A stretch of DNA of 50,708 nucleotides, filler included, from Jimgerdemannia flammicorona (Eukaryota), in the NCBI GenBank assembly GCA_003990765.1. It is 2 parts of 2 records of this genome, joined end to end, with 100 filler letters (N's around TTAATTAATTAA, not from the genome) between each part and the next. Parts side by side here need not be neighbours in the genome. Positions count along the whole stretch, not along the records: positions 25,405 to 50,708 come from RBNJ01000853.1; 1 more part is not named here. One strand, written 5' to 3'. A program made the position numbers and the translations under genes. Positions 49,600 to 50,708 of the stretch are shown in pieces (positions within the stretch are counted from its first letter, which is position 1; every line of letters starts with the position of its first letter). Under the pieces are notes generated by a model. The model was not told the DNA's origin. It saw only the letters and a list, made by a program, of their open reading frames with translations, and ran no database searches.

Positions 49600-50506
49600 A
49601 AGTGGCCCAAGCAGATTGTGAAATAATTAGCATCCAGTATAGTAGATAATAGTGGTGTTCAAACATAGTTTTGGAACTCTAATTACTACTCTCAAGGACT
49701 TCATTGATAGGTGTACCTCCTTTCAGAGCTTTGGTGGAGGATTTGGCCTAAATAGAGTGAGGGTGATGAACTGGATTGATGCCCATGGCTGCCATACATT
49801 CAGAAAACCAATTTCAAAGGCAGTCAGATATAAGGTTGTGATGGGGAGAGCACATACTGATGAACAGGCAGTCACCATCTGTCCATGAGCAGAGGGGATC
49901 TATCTCACATACTCAGTGGAAAACTCAGTATATAGGGCATATATTCTTGTACTCCAAGAGGGCTGGAATGGGACAGGAGATCTTGGTGGCAACATCAGGG
50001 ATATATTCCTTTGTCATATTAGCAGTCAGGACCATTTTGGTGAGCCAATCACCAATGCCACTATAAAAACTAACAGTCTCCTGGCATTTTGCAAAATTGC
50101 TTGCCACCCGCCAGGAGGTACATAGGGTGAGAAGAGTATGTGTTTTCTTACTGTGGAGTACATGTTGCTAGATAGAGTTGTAGGGGCCCAGGGAAGCTAG
50201 CCACTGAATAAGGGTGGTGACATCCCATCAGATGGCCTTATCTTTTGAGAGAGAGGGTCAAAGATTTGCAGATCAGATAGAAAATAGGGTTAGGGGGTTG
50301 AAGAAATGAACACTGTTTATCATGGAGATCCACTAGTCAATAGTGGTATAGATGCTCCAAAGCTGATACATGCTCATCCCTTCCTTGAAAAGCTGAGCTA
50401 AGCAGTTAGTACATTGCTTGGTAGAAGCTTATAAGGGATTGATACATTGTTGATGGTACCAACAGACAAAGTGTAGATATGCTGACTTGTAGTTCTTGCA
50501 TAAGGA
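49600..50506 (-). pseudogene. DIRS-type tyrosine recombinase relic
   Basis: N-terminal NYKSAYLHFVCWY..INP; WDVTTLIQWLASLGP; LLTLCTSWRVASNFAK (first catalytic R); NICPI; LFIS...PH; HPHSI*AKSSTKAL..G.PINEVLESSN*SSKTMFEHHYY (HxxR...W...Y). Confidence 0.82.
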
Positions 50507-50708
50507 TAGTGCTCCTAATGAGTCAATTTAATCCGGATTGGATTCGGATTGATTCGGATTGAATCCCATCCGGATCAACTCGGATGGGATTCGAATCCCA
50601 TCCGGATGGATTCGAATCGGATTCGAATCAACCATTGTTTTGATTTCCAAATTAGACAATTAAATGTTTACATCAATAATTTGATGAATAATCATCCAAA
50701 TTTGATGA
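50507..50708. mobile_element. Left end of a younger hAT-type fold-back MITE, truncating the recombinase
   Basis: TIR tagtgctcc; CpG-intact GGATTCGGATT/GAATCC repeats; tcaataatttgatgaataatcatccaaatttgatga matches the palindrome arm at ~2375-2410. Confidence 0.7.

Noticed and set aside
50285..50299. TAGGGTTAGGGGG as another telomeric junction
   Set aside because: It lies within the recombinase frame (NPLTL) and has no LINE B end beside it.

Overview
Eukaryotic, most likely fungal, transposon-graveyard DNA. It is two contigs joined by an artificial 100-bp spacer (44N-TTAATTAATTAA-44N, 25305-25404), so the halves need not be neighbours. Almost all of it is decayed mobile DNA with heavy C->T/G->A change: CpG is nearly absent, and many CpA->TpA changes are visible. 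Left half: a complete Ty3/Gypsy element (5517-17854; gag, protease, dUTPase, RT, RNase H, integrase, possible extra ORF) with a full L1/Tx1-like LINE (family A) nested in its RNase H; the 3' end of a second Gypsy; hAT-type fold-back MITEs; and a ~2 kb CpG-retaining island with a probable spliced orphan gene. Right half: a Copia RT relic; a head-to-tail array of a second APE-type LINE (family B) whose 3' ends each terminate in telomeric (CCCTAA)n instead of poly(A); two head-to-head LINE A copies; a 1.3 kb 9-bp minisatellite; a young solo LTR; a Tourist-like MITE; and a DIRS-type tyrosine recombinase relic. The best candidate for a novel system is the telomere-tailed LINE array (26459-33135), which has the polarity and stacking expected of retrotransposon/telomerase chromosome-end extension. 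All assignments come from manual translation and motif recognition; no searches were run.
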